From Desulfuromonadales bacterium (GTDB taxonomy: Bacteria; Desulfobacterota; Desulfuromonadia; Desulfuromonadales; SZUA-540): a DNA stretch of 64,000 nucleotides. A program made the position numbers and the translations under genes. Shown here one piece after another: positions 9,720-18,790 of this stretch. The stretch lies in assembly GCA_033549025.1 (NCBI GenBank), contig JAWSUS010000002.1, positions 32,001-96,000 of the forward strand. Reading direction: 5' to 3'. Below the pieces are notes generated by a model that was given only the letters and a program-made list of their open reading frames with translations, was not told the DNA's origin and did no database searches. Every line of letters starts with the position of its first letter. The stretch's first letter is position 1.

Positions 9720-11579
9720 GTGTCCAAAATCGCCTGCATTCTGCCCGATGGTCGCCTGCTGGAAGGCGCACGAAATGTTTACAGGGACTGTTTCAGCGAG
9801 ATCCGAATCGAGAAAGGACTTCTGCAGGAAGCGGTGGAAGTGGCCATGGCGTTAGCCAGAGAGGATTATGAGGTCTTTATAAGTCGTGGCAGGACAGCGG
9901 CCATCATTCGGGAGGCGGGACTGGAGGCGTCCGTGGTGGAAATCCCGATCACGGCGATAGACGTCATCCAGACCATTGAACGGGCCAAGTTCCAGGGGAA
10001 GCACATCGGGGTGGTGGCCTTTGCCCCCATGATTCCAGGCATCGATTATCTCGGAACCATTCTGGGCGGCGGCATTCGCTTCTATCCCCTCGAACATGAA
10101 TCCAAGGTGGAAGAACTCGTGATCAGAGCCATCGGGGACAAGGCCGATGTCATTGTGGGAGGCGCGATTACGGGCAAGGTCGCCAAGAAACACGGGCTCC
10201 CCTTCGCCCTTATCGAAAACAGCCCGGAAAGCATGCTGCAGGCGGCCCAGGAAGCCCGAAACATCGCCTTTGCCCGCAAACAGGAGAAAGCCAGGGGGAA
10301 TCTCTTCAAAGCGGTCCTCGACTACGCCTATGACGGCATTATCTCCATCAATCGCGAAGGGAAGGTCACGTCCTTCAATCCCGTCGCCGAAAGGATGCTG
10401 CACATAAGTGAAGCCAACGCTCTCGGCCGCCCCATACGCCACATCTGGCCCGAGATCGAGTTGGAAGCCGTGCTGGACAATGCCCAGGAGGATCTCGGCC
10501 AACTGGCGAAGATCAACGACCACTACCTGGTCTGCAACAAGGCCCCCATTTGCGTCAACGGGAATGTCGTGGGAGCGGTGGCCACCTTTCAGGAAGCCAG
10601 CCACATCCAGCAGATGGAAGCAAAGGTACGTCGCCGCCTCTTTGCCTCCGGGCATCGGGCCACCTTCTGCTTCGACGATATCGTCGGCACCAGCGCCATC
10701 CTGAAAAAGCACATGGCCCTGGCCCGGGATTTCGCCAAAACCGACTCTTCGATCCTGATTCAGGGCGAAACCGGCACCGGCAAGGAGGTCTTTGCCCAGA
10801 GCATCCACAACTTCAGCAGTCGCCAGCAGGGCCCTTTCGTGGCCCTCAACTGTGCCGCCCTGCCGGCGCACATTCTCGAAAGCGAACTGTTCGGCTACGT
10901 CAGCGGGGCCTTTACCGGCGCCAGCAGCAAAGGGAAGCCCGGCCTTTTTGAAATAGCACACGGAGGAACCCTTTTTCTGGATGAAATCGCCGAGATGGAA
11001 TATGCCACCCAGGGAAAGCTGCTCCGTGTCCTGCAGGAAAAAAAGGTCATGCGTCTGGGCAGCGACAAAGTCACTCCTGTCAATGTGCGCATCATCGCGG
11101 CAACCAATCAGAACCTCAAAAGCCTGGTGAATGACAACAAGTTTCGGGCCGATCTTTACTACCGCCTGAACGTCCTGCAGTTGAGGCTCTTTCCTTTACG
11201 GGAAAGAAAGGAAGACATTCTTGCCCTCAGCCAGTTTTTTCTCGACAAGCACTCCCTGGCCTCCGGCCGCAAACTGACCTTAACCCCCAGAGCACTTCAA
11301 GCGTTGACAGAATACGGTTGGGCCGGAAATGTGCGCGAACTGCAGAACATTCTGGAAAGAATCCTCGCCACCCTCAAACAGGCGAAAATCGATGCCGACA
11401 TCGTTGGGCAGCACCTGGAGGATCATCATGAGCCGGAAATCCGTGCCCAGATTCTGCAGGACGAATGGGAGGAGATCAGGCGGGCCCTGGCCGAAGCCAG
11501 GGGCAAGCATGCGGAAGCAGCCAAAATACTGGGCATCAGCCGCTCAACGCTGTGGCGGAAGCTCAAAAAGATGCCCTGA
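9720..11579 (+). CDS. PrpR-like sigma54-dependent activator (PrpR_N, PAS, AAA+, Fis-HTH)
   Basis: ISRGRTA, GETGTGKE, ESELFGY, GAFTGA, TLFLDEI, FRADLYYRL, LGISRSTLWRKL; GTG start with SD AAGGAGG. Confidence 0.92.
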   Translation: MSKIACILPDGRLLEGARNVYRDCFSEIRIEKGLLQEAVEVAMALAREDYEVFISRGRTAAIIREAGLEASVVEIPITAIDVIQTIERAKFQGKHIGVVAFAPMIPGIDYLGTILGGGIRFYPLEHESKVEELVIRAIGDKADVIVGGAITGKVAKKHGLPFALIENSPESMLQAAQEARNIAFARKQEKARGNLFKAVLDYAYDGIISINREGKVTSFNPVAERMLHISEANALGRPIRHIWPEIELEAVLDNAQEDLGQLAKINDHYLVCNKAPICVNGNVVGAVATFQEASHIQQMEAKVRRRLFASGHRATFCFDDIVGTSAILKKHMALARDFAKTDSSILIQGETGTGKEVFAQSIHNFSSRQQGPFVALNCAALPAHILESELFGYVSGAFTGASSKGKPGLFEIAHGGTLFLDEIAEMEYATQGKLLRVLQEKKVMRLGSDKVTPVNVRIIAATNQNLKSLVNDNKFRADLYYRLNVLQLRLFPLRERKEDILALSQFFLDKHSLASGRKLTLTPRALQALTEYGWAGNVRELQNILERILATLKQAKIDADIVGQHLEDHHEPEIRAQILQDEWEEIRRALAEARGKHAEAAKILGISRSTLWRKLKKMP

Positions 11580-11696
11580 CCCCGACAAGCCCTGGACCCC
11601 GTCGCAATAATTAGCGTCAGGTTGCTTGCGGACCCACCATCTATTGATAAAGTCAAGACATGGGGGAAAGGGCAGCAAAAAAGAAAGGGGCCCTAA

Positions 11697-11936
11697 ATGA
11701 AAAAGATGCTGGGAATAACTTTTCTTTCGCTCCTTCTGGCAGCCTGCGCAGGTCAGGGAGAAATGGAGAGAGCAAAAGCCCTGTATGACAAGTATGACGC
11801 CCACTGCCGAGCGCACGCCAAGGAGGTGTCCGCCGAAATGGACGTGGAAGCACGATACCATGAGTGCATGAACTACTTCATTGGAACAGATCCACTATGT
11901 CCCTACTGCAAAGTCGATCACCACATGAAGCACTAG
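11697..11936 (+). CDS. Small lipoprotein with Cys/His motifs, function unknown
   Basis: Lipobox LAAC; HC, HEC, CPYC and a C-terminal DHHMKH. Confidence 0.7.
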   Translation: MKKMLGITFLSLLLAACAGQGEMERAKALYDKYDAHCRAHAKEVSAEMDVEARYHECMNYFIGTDPLCPYCKVDHHMKH

Positions 11937-12012
11937 ATTGGTCTCTGCCCTTTCCCCAGAGCACCAACAGCAAACGACCTTACTCCGCCTGTCCACTGAA
12001 TTTGCCTTTCCT

Positions 12013-12576
12013 TTAGCCCTCCATCAGCAGAATGGCCTCGGCGACCTCCTTGAGGCTCTTGCGCTTGTCCATGGCGATCTTCTGCAACTTGCGGTAAGCC
12101 TCGGCCTCGCTCATCCCCTTGGCCATAAGTACGCCCTTGGCCTTGTCCACCTGTTTGCGCGTCTCCAAGGTTTCCTTGAGCTTATGCACCTCGTCCTTGA
12201 GGGTGGACACTTCCACAAAATGGTGAATGGCCAGATCGACGGCGGCATAGACCTGTTCAGCCCGCAGGGGTTTGAGGACATAATTCATGACCCCGGCCCG
12301 GCGGGCGCGCTCGATCGTCGCGACATCGGCGGTAGCCGTCAGCAGCACCACCGGGATCGACCGAATCTTGCCTATTCTTTCGGCAGCCGTGATGCCATCC
12401 ATAACGGGCATGGACACATCCATCACGATGAGGAGGGGATTTTTTACCCGGGCCAGGTCGAGGGCCTGACTGCCGTTTTCCGCCTCGACAATCTCATCAA
12501 AGCCGTAGTCGGCCAGAATTTCCGCCACCTGGCGACGCAGCATCGGTTCGTCATCAACGACCAGAGCACATTTCAT
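12013..12576 (-). CDS. gnfR: REC-ANTAR RNA-binding antiterminator (GnfR-like nitrogen-fixation regulator)
   Basis: Receiver domain (VVDDE, MDVSMPVMDG, LKP) plus ANTAR (RKQVDKAKGVLM...SEAEAYRKLQKIAMDKR); located in the nif region. Confidence 0.85.
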   Translation of the reverse strand: MKCALVVDDEPMLRRQVAEILADYGFDEIVEAENGSQALDLARVKNPLLIVMDVSMPVMDGITAAERIGKIRSIPVVLLTATADVATIERARRAGVMNYVLKPLRAEQVYAAVDLAIHHFVEVSTLKDEVHKLKETLETRKQVDKAKGVLMAKGMSEAEAYRKLQKIAMDKRKSLKEVAEAILLMEG

Positions 12577-12622
12577 AAGCGTGGCACCTCCTTGGGAATT
12601 GCTTTTCCGTTAATCTTTCAAC

Positions 12623-12638
12623 TGCATTAACAATGCCT
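12623..12638 (-). promoter_or_regulatory. sigma54 promoter of the ANTAR regulator gene
   Basis: Minus strand AGGCATTGTTAATGCA (GG-N10-GC). Confidence 0.65.
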
Positions 12639-12642
12639 AAAT

Positions 12643-13461
12643 CTACCCCAGACTCCCCAGGCTGGCCAGAGAAACAAGATGGCGGCTCAATTCAGCGGGG
12701 CGTTCCCCCTTGACCATAAGAGCTGTTGAGCCACAAGGACGAAAACCGGCCCGGCTGAACAGGGGCGACAGGCCACTTTCGACCAGAAGATCGGTATAGA
12801 GCGGAGCGGTAGTATTGACCGCGTCCAGAGCCAGCCGCAGGAGCCGGCCGTTTTCCTCCAGGCAACGGCTGGCCGAATACCAGGGCCCCAGAATCTGCAT
12901 ATCTTCACCCTCCTGCACATGGAGACAGGAGAGGCCGGCAGCAAAAGTCTGGCCCCGCTCCGACAGGAAGGACAGCAGAGGACTGCGGGCTTCCTCCCAG
13001 GCCAGGGCGTCAAGCTGGCACAGCGCCTCGCGGCCATCGTAGTCAAAGGGCGGGAGGCCATCCCGCCTGGGCTCCGGGTCGTGCCGCCAGCGCTCGATCG
13101 TGCCGATGGAGCGGAATCCGCGCTTCTCATAGAGGGGCCGGCCCAGCTCAGAGGCGGTCAGGATTATAGACGCTGAACCGCGCCGCTCCAGGTGTCCAAC
13201 GGCAAAGTCGAACAACCTGCCCCCGGTGCCCTTGCCTCTTTCTTCCGGGGCCAGAATGAGGTTCCCTATCCAGCCGCTGCGAGGATGAGCCACCGTGGTG
13301 ACGAAACCTCGGCAGACGCCCCCCTCAAGCAGGGCGAAGGCGCCGCCGCGCAGAGGACCGGCAAACAGGTCGATTTCGAGGCGGGGGACCTGCCAGCCTT
13401 CCTCCTTGGCCAGTGTCAGAAAAACCCGCCAATCGCTGGTGGTGGCGGAGCGGATCTCCAT
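12643..13461 (-). CDS. GNAT family N-acetyltransferase (tandem-GNAT type)
   Basis: WIGNLILAPEERGKGTG acetyl-CoA motif and LTASELGRPLYEKRGF; start ATG 13461 directly after the nifV stop. Confidence 0.85.
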   Translation of the reverse strand: MEIRSATTSDWRVFLTLAKEEGWQVPRLEIDLFAGPLRGGAFALLEGGVCRGFVTTVAHPRSGWIGNLILAPEERGKGTGGRLFDFAVGHLERRGSASIILTASELGRPLYEKRGFRSIGTIERWRHDPEPRRDGLPPFDYDGREALCQLDALAWEEARSPLLSFLSERGQTFAAGLSCLHVQEGEDMQILGPWYSASRCLEENGRLLRLALDAVNTTAPLYTDLLVESGLSPLFSRAGFRPCGSTALMVKGERPAELSRHLVSLASLGSLG

Positions 13462-13462
13462 T

Positions 13463-14611
13463 TCAGGCCACGGCCTGGCACGAGGGCCAGAGAGAAAGCA
13501 GCTCATGGTCGCTCAAGGGACGTTTGCGCTGCTGGCTCAGGCGGCGAACACTGGGCAGCAGGCTGTCCGCCTGCTGCCGCGTGGCACGGATGCCCAACTC
13601 CTGCAGGCGGTGAACGAGACCCTGACTCCCCGAATGCTTGCCGAGGACCAGGTAGCGTGACAGTCCCACCTCAGCCGGATCGAAGCCCTCATAGTTGCAG
13701 GGATTTTTAATGACGCCGTCGGCGTGGAGCCCTGATTCATGGGAGAAGACCCGCTCACCGACCACGGCCTTCCATTCCGGTACGGGACGATGGCTGGCCT
13801 GCCCGACAAACCGGCTGATCTCCACAAAACGGCGGGTGTCCATGTGCAGATCGATGCCGTTGGCGTGCTTGAGGGCCATGACCACCTCTTCCAGGGCGGC
13901 ATTGCCGGCGCGTTCGCCAAGCCCGTTCACCGTGGTGTTGACGAAGCGGGCGCCGGCCCGGATCCCGGCCAGAGCGTTGGCCGTGGCCATACCGAGATCA
14001 TTATGGGTATGGATCTCGAGATCAAGGTCGACCCGGTCCCGCAGGAACCGGATTTTCTCGTAGGTGGAGAACGGGTCGAGAAGACCCAGCGTATCGCAGA
14101 AACGGAAGCGGTCCGCCCCCATGGCGCGGCCGATCTCCATCAGTTCGACAACAAAGTCAAGGTCGGCCCGGCTGGCATCTTCGCCGCCGATGGACACATA
14201 CAGGCCATGCTCCTTGGCGAAACCCAGGGCCGTCTTCAGCTGTTCTTTCACCCAGTCGCGACTTTTGCCCAACTTGTGCCGGATGTGGATATCGGACACG
14301 GACAGGGACAGATCAACGGCCTGCACCCCGGTGGCCAATGAGGCCTCGATGTCGCTGATCAGGGCACGGTTCCAGGTGATCAGGCGGGCGCCAAGACCAA
14401 GGTCGACCAAGGCTCTCACGTCGGCCTGCTCTTCTTTCCCCATGGCGGGAATGCCGCACTCCAGCTCTCCCACGCCGATTTCATCCAGCATGCGGGCGAT
14501 GCGAATTTTCTCCTGCCGCGAGAAGACCACCCCGGCGGTCTGTTCCCCGTCGCGCAGCGTGGTGTCGTCGATGATGACCTCTCTGTGCTGGATATCCGTT
14601 TCAACCGTCAT
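13463..14611 (-). CDS. nifV: Homocitrate synthase
   Basis: DTTLRDGEQTAGV, GGEDASRAD, HTHNDLGMATAN, GLGERAGN, HESGLHADG, LGKHSG. Confidence 0.95.
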   Translation of the reverse strand: MTVETDIQHREVIIDDTTLRDGEQTAGVVFSRQEKIRIARMLDEIGVGELECGIPAMGKEEQADVRALVDLGLGARLITWNRALISDIEASLATGVQAVDLSLSVSDIHIRHKLGKSRDWVKEQLKTALGFAKEHGLYVSIGGEDASRADLDFVVELMEIGRAMGADRFRFCDTLGLLDPFSTYEKIRFLRDRVDLDLEIHTHNDLGMATANALAGIRAGARFVNTTVNGLGERAGNAALEEVVMALKHANGIDLHMDTRRFVEISRFVGQASHRPVPEWKAVVGERVFSHESGLHADGVIKNPCNYEGFDPAEVGLSRYLVLGKHSGSQGLVHRLQELGIRATRQQADSLLPSVRRLSQQRKRPLSDHELLSLWPSCQAVA

Positions 14612-14628
14612 GGCCGGCTCCTTCCCAC

Positions 14629-14696
14629 AAAAAAAGCCCCGGGAAGCCTGTGGCCCTCCCGGGGCGTCGTTGCCCGTTTCCAGCGTCCTCGCTGGA
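14629..14696 (-). promoter_or_regulatory. ANTAR twin-hairpin plus intrinsic terminator in the nifV leader
   Basis: P1 TCCAGC-GAGGAC-GCTGGA; P2 GGC-AACGAC-GCC overlapping the terminator GCCCCGGGA...TCCCGGGGC-T7. Confidence 0.85.
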
Positions 14697-14718
14697 GAGT
14701 GAGTTCACCATAGTGCTA

Positions 14719-14734
14719 AGCACAGGCTGTGCCA
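14719..14734 (-). promoter_or_regulatory. sigma54 promoter of nifV
   Basis: Minus strand TGGCACAGCCTGTGCT. Confidence 0.8.
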
Positions 14735-14917
14735 TAAACGAATCCGAGTCTAAAAGTCCCTGAGCCGGCCAGCACGGGGAAAAGGTCCCTGATGAAAAGC
14801 GTCCTCCTCGCCTTAAGTGATCAAAAAAGAGGCAGCTGAAACGCCGGGTGCCATTGAATCAATCGGGTCGACTTAAAGAATGGGGGTCATTTCAGGCCGC
14901 AGGGGACCCTTCCGAGC

Positions 14918-14933
14918 TGGCCGAAGTCTTGCA
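14918..14933 (+). promoter_or_regulatory. sigma54 promoter of nifE-nifN
   Basis: TGGCCGAAGTCTTGCA (GG-N10-GC). Confidence 0.75.
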
Positions 14934-15061
14934 GAGGTTTTTCAGCATAGCGCTGTCAAGCGCCTTGCCCGCCAAGGCTGACGTGGCAGAAAAGTTCCAT
15001 CTCAACGAGGCGACGGGACTGATTTTAATCTGAAATCGCTGCTTTCAGAAAGGATCAGACT

Positions 15062-16414
15062 GTGGCCACCAAACCGAAGATCAGAGAGCTGCTCGAAGAG
15101 AGCGCCTGTTCCCACAACAAAACCAAAAAGACCTCCTGCAATGCCCCCACCCCCGGTGCAACCACGGGTGGATGTGCTTTCGAAGGGGCCCAGATTTCCC
15201 TCTTCCCCTATGCCGATGCCGCCCATCTGGTGCATGGGCCGATCACCTGCCTGGCGGTATCCTGGGAAACCCGCGCCACCAAAACCAGCCATACCGGGCG
15301 GGATTTCACCCAGATGGGCTTCACCACCGATATTTCCAACACGGACGTCGTCTTCGGAGGCGAGGAGAAGCTGCTCGCCTCCATCGATTACATCCTGAAA
15401 CACTACTCCCCGGAAGCGATTTTCGTGTACGCCACCTGCGTCACAGCCCTCATCGGCGACGATATCGACGCTGTGTGCCGGCAGGCGGCGGAGAAATATG
15501 GCCTTCCGGTGGTGCCCGTGCACGCTCCCGGTTTCGTTGGGAGCAAGAACCTTGGCAGCCGTCTGGGGGGAGAAGCGGCGCTGATGCACCTGATCGGCAC
15601 CCTGGAGCCGGAGACCACCACCCCCTTCGACATCAACCTGATCGGCGAGTACAACGTCACCGGCGACATGTGGCAGTACTCGCACCTGCTCGACGAGCTG
15701 GGCATCCGCATCCTCTCCACCCTGAGCGGCGACGGGCGGGTCCGCGCCATCCGCAGCGCCCATCGGGCCAGGCTCAACGTGATCGTCTGCGCCAAATCCC
15801 TGATCTCTTTGACCCGCAAGATGGAAGAGAAGTACGGTATCCCCCATATTTCCCTCTCTTTCTATGGCAAGCGTGACACCAGCGCGGGGCTGCTGGCCAT
15901 CGCCGAGGCTCTCGGCGACACGGACCTGATCGAACGAACCAAACGACTTATTGTCCGCGAAGAGGCCGCCCTCGAGGAAAAACTCACTCCTTACCGCGCG
16001 TTGTTTCGCGGCAAGAAAGCGGTGCTCAACACCGGGGGAAACAAAACCTGGTCCATTGCTGCGGCCCTGCAGGATCTGGGCATCGAGGTGGTGGCCACCG
16101 CCGTGAAGAAGGCGACCGAGGCCGACCGGGAGAAGGCGCGCGAGGTCCTCGGAGAAAAGGGGGTGCTGATGATGAATCCGGGCGCGGAGCAGGCCAGGAT
16201 CATTGAGGAGAGGGGAGCACATCTGCTGCTGGCCGGAGGCCGCAGCCTTTACACCGCCATCAAGAAAGGGATCGCCTTCGCCGACGTCAACCAGGAGAAG
16301 AAAAAGAGCTATGGCGGCTACAACGGCCTGCTCAATCTGGCCGAAGATCTGAAGAACGCCTTGGGAAATCCGGTCTTCAAAAACGCCGCACGGAGGGCCC
16401 CATGGGAGAAATAA
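15062..16414 (+). CDS. nifE: Nitrogenase FeMo-cofactor scaffold subunit NifE
   Basis: GGCAFEGAQ, HGPITC, YATCVTALIGDD, PGFVGSKNLG, IGEYNV, C-terminal APW; GTG start. Confidence 0.95.
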   Translation: MATKPKIRELLEESACSHNKTKKTSCNAPTPGATTGGCAFEGAQISLFPYADAAHLVHGPITCLAVSWETRATKTSHTGRDFTQMGFTTDISNTDVVFGGEEKLLASIDYILKHYSPEAIFVYATCVTALIGDDIDAVCRQAAEKYGLPVVPVHAPGFVGSKNLGSRLGGEAALMHLIGTLEPETTTPFDINLIGEYNVTGDMWQYSHLLDELGIRILSTLSGDGRVRAIRSAHRARLNVIVCAKSLISLTRKMEEKYGIPHISLSFYGKRDTSAGLLAIAEALGDTDLIERTKRLIVREEAALEEKLTPYRALFRGKKAVLNTGGNKTWSIAAALQDLGIEVVATAVKKATEADREKAREVLGEKGVLMMNPGAEQARIIEERGAHLLLAGGRSLYTAIKKGIAFADVNQEKKKSYGGYNGLLNLAEDLKNALGNPVFKNAARRAPWEK

Positions 16415-17688
16415 GTCACCGAAACACCAAACCGCTGCAGGTCAATCCCTTCAAGCTGTCTCAGCCGATGGGAGCGACTCTCGCTTTTCTGGGAGTGGAC
16501 AGGTGCATGCCCCTGATGCACGGCGCCATGGGCTGCACCTCCTTCACCAAGGTCTACACCACCCGCCATTTCTGCGAGCCGATCGCCATCCAGACGACAG
16601 CCGTCACCGACATTACGGCGATTCTCGACGGCGGCGACACCAGCATCGTCGAATCGGTCAAGAATATCACCGCCAAGGTCAGCCCCAGCCTCATCGGCCT
16701 GCACAGCACCGGCCTCACCGAAACCAAGGGGGACGATCTGCGCGCCGTCGCCGCCCAGGTCGACTTTCCCCTGGTTTACGTCAACACCCCCGACTACGAA
16801 GGGGGGCTGGAGAGCGGTTGGGCCCTGGCCACCAGGGCGCTGATCGAACAGCTGGTCGCGCCGACCGAAGCCATCGACGACGACAAGGTGGTGCTGATCC
16901 CCCACGTCAGCCTGACCCCCATCGAGGTGGAAAAGATCAAAGACTTTATTGCCGCTTTCGGCTACGACGTCCTGGCGCTACCCGACCTGTCGACCTCCCT
17001 CGACGGCCATCTGGGAGAGAAGCAGGCGGCTCTCTCCAGCGGTGGCATCGAAGTGGAGCAGATTCGTATCCTGGGAGACGCCGGGCTCGTCGTGAGCGTC
17101 GGCGACTCCATGCGGGCCTGCGCCGAGGCGTTGCAGAAGAAAAACCCCTTCATGCGTCATCGACACTTCTCCCATCTCAGTGGACTGGAGGGAACTGATG
17201 CCCTGGCGGCCTGGCTGCTCGCCGAGACAGGCCGGGAGTGTCCACCCGAAGCTATCGTCCGCTGGCGCCGACGCCTGCAGGACGCTATGCTCGATGGCCA
17301 CTTCTCCCTCGGTCAGACCCGCGTGCTGGTTCTCGGCGAACCGGATCACCTGATCGGGCTCTGTCACTCGCTGCTTGAAGCAGGCGCCAAAGTTACCGTC
17401 GCCATCAGTACCGTCGCCTCCCCCCAGTTGGAAAAAATCCCTGCTGGCAGGGTGCTGGTCGGCGACCTGGAGGATGCCGAGAACCTGTGTGACGCCTATG
17501 ACCTGATCATCGGCAACGGCCACTGCGAGGCGCTGGCCCATCGGCTACACAAAGCCCTGGTGCTGCGAGGATTTCCCAATTGGGAGGAGGTAGGCAATCC
17601 GCTAAAACAGGATGTGCTGTATGAAGGCGGCGCCTACTTTCTGTGCGAGTGCGCCAACGCAGCGGAGAAGCTGCGGGGGCATGGGTAA
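16402..17688 (+). CDS. nifN: Nitrogenase FeMo-cofactor scaffold subunit NifN
   Basis: VNPFKLSQPMGA, HGAMGCTSF, RHFCEPI, TPDYEGGLESG, PDLSTSLDG; SD GGAGG; overlaps nifE by 13 nt. Confidence 0.93.
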   Translation: MGEISHRNTKPLQVNPFKLSQPMGATLAFLGVDRCMPLMHGAMGCTSFTKVYTTRHFCEPIAIQTTAVTDITAILDGGDTSIVESVKNITAKVSPSLIGLHSTGLTETKGDDLRAVAAQVDFPLVYVNTPDYEGGLESGWALATRALIEQLVAPTEAIDDDKVVLIPHVSLTPIEVEKIKDFIAAFGYDVLALPDLSTSLDGHLGEKQAALSSGGIEVEQIRILGDAGLVVSVGDSMRACAEALQKKNPFMRHRHFSHLSGLEGTDALAAWLLAETGRECPPEAIVRWRRRLQDAMLDGHFSLGQTRVLVLGEPDHLIGLCHSLLEAGAKVTVAISTVASPQLEKIPAGRVLVGDLEDAENLCDAYDLIIGNGHCEALAHRLHKALVLRGFPNWEEVGNPLKQDVLYEGGAYFLCECANAAEKLRGHG

Positions 17689-17734
17689 GCGGGAAAAGCG
17701 GAACACACCCATACTGTTTAGTGGCAGTCTGCCG

Positions 17735-18790
17735 TCAATAAAGCGGCCGAAAGGCCGACGCCTTCACAATCGCGTAAATTTCCGATCCCTCCTTGATTTC
17801 CAGTTCCCTGACCGCCTCGCGCACCAGTTGCGAAACGAGGGGGCGACCGCCGCAATCCAGTTCGACACCGATACGGTTGCCGCTCTCGAAAATCCGCCCA
17901 ACTCGGCACGGCAGCAGATTACGAGCGCTGCTCGCCTCGGGCCGGCCTTTGAAAAGAGTGACATCCTTGGAGGATAGCTGGAAGAGGGCCGATTCTTGGG
18001 AGGCACGCTCGGTGAGAATCAGCCGTTGTCCGCCCCAGTCGTAAGCCCAGAGATCATCCACCGGCCGGGGACGTTCCAGGGTCAGCAGGTTGATGTAGCC
18101 TGCCTGCCGGCTCCCCATCAGGCTTCGGGCCAACTCCTCCGCTGAAGACTGGGAGAGCAGCCGCCCACCGTCGAAGAGCAGGACGTCATCGGTCATCAGG
18201 CGCATTTCGTTGAGGGAATGGCTGATAAAGATCAGGGGGATGCCGAATTCGTCGAAGACCGCCTTGAGGTAGGGGATGATCTGATACTTGCTATCCGCAT
18301 CGAGTCCGGTCAGAGGCTCGTCCATGAGAATCAGGCGCGGGCAGGAGAGTACCGCCCGCCCCAGGGCGACCCGCCGCCGTTCCCCACCGGAGAGGGTGGT
18401 GACGTCGCGCTCCAGCAGGGGGCCGAGACCCAGCATCTCGCCGAGGGCTTCGGGCGCGATGCGGCGGTCCCGCCGGGGAATGCGTTTGTAGCCATAGAGA
18501 AGATTGCGGCGCACGTTCAAGTGGGGAAAGAGATGAGCGTGCTGGAAAACCACGGCGAGGCGCCGCCGCTCCGGCGGGACCATCAGCTTGCGCCTTCCGT
18601 CGTAGAGGGGTTCCCCGTCGAGGCATATCAGGCCGGCGTCGGGGCGAATCAGACCGGCCAGCATCCCCATCAAGGTCGATTTACCACTCCCCGACTTGCC
18701 ATAGACACCGATGCGCTGACCTTCCACGGCAAAGCCGGCCGAAAAGTGAAAATCCCCCAGACGTTTTTCCAGCGCGACTTCCAGTTTCAT
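17735..18790 (-). CDS. modC: Molybdate ABC transporter ATP-binding protein
   Basis: GKSGSGKST, LSGGERRRVALGRA, LMDEP, C-terminal TOBE (SARN); true start ATG 18790 overlapping the modB stop. Confidence 0.93.
   Translation of the reverse strand: MKLEVALEKRLGDFHFSAGFAVEGQRIGVYGKSGSGKSTLMGMLAGLIRPDAGLICLDGEPLYDGRRKLMVPPERRRLAVVFQHAHLFPHLNVRRNLLYGYKRIPRRDRRIAPEALGEMLGLGPLLERDVTTLSGGERRRVALGRAVLSCPRLILMDEPLTGLDADSKYQIIPYLKAVFDEFGIPLIFISHSLNEMRLMTDDVLLFDGGRLLSQSSAEELARSLMGSRQAGYINLLTLERPRPVDDLWAYDWGGQRLILTERASQESALFQLSSKDVTLFKGRPEASSARNLLPCRVGRIFESGNRIGVELDCGGRPLVSQLVREAVRELEIKEGSEIYAIVKASAFRPLY

Noticed and set aside
16290..16414. nifE/nifN as a frameshifted nifEN fusion (fused in Geobacter)
   Set aside because: NifE ends with a normal APW tail, nifN has its own GGAGG SD and ATG, and there is no canonical slippery heptamer at the junction. 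Two separate genes is the simpler reading.
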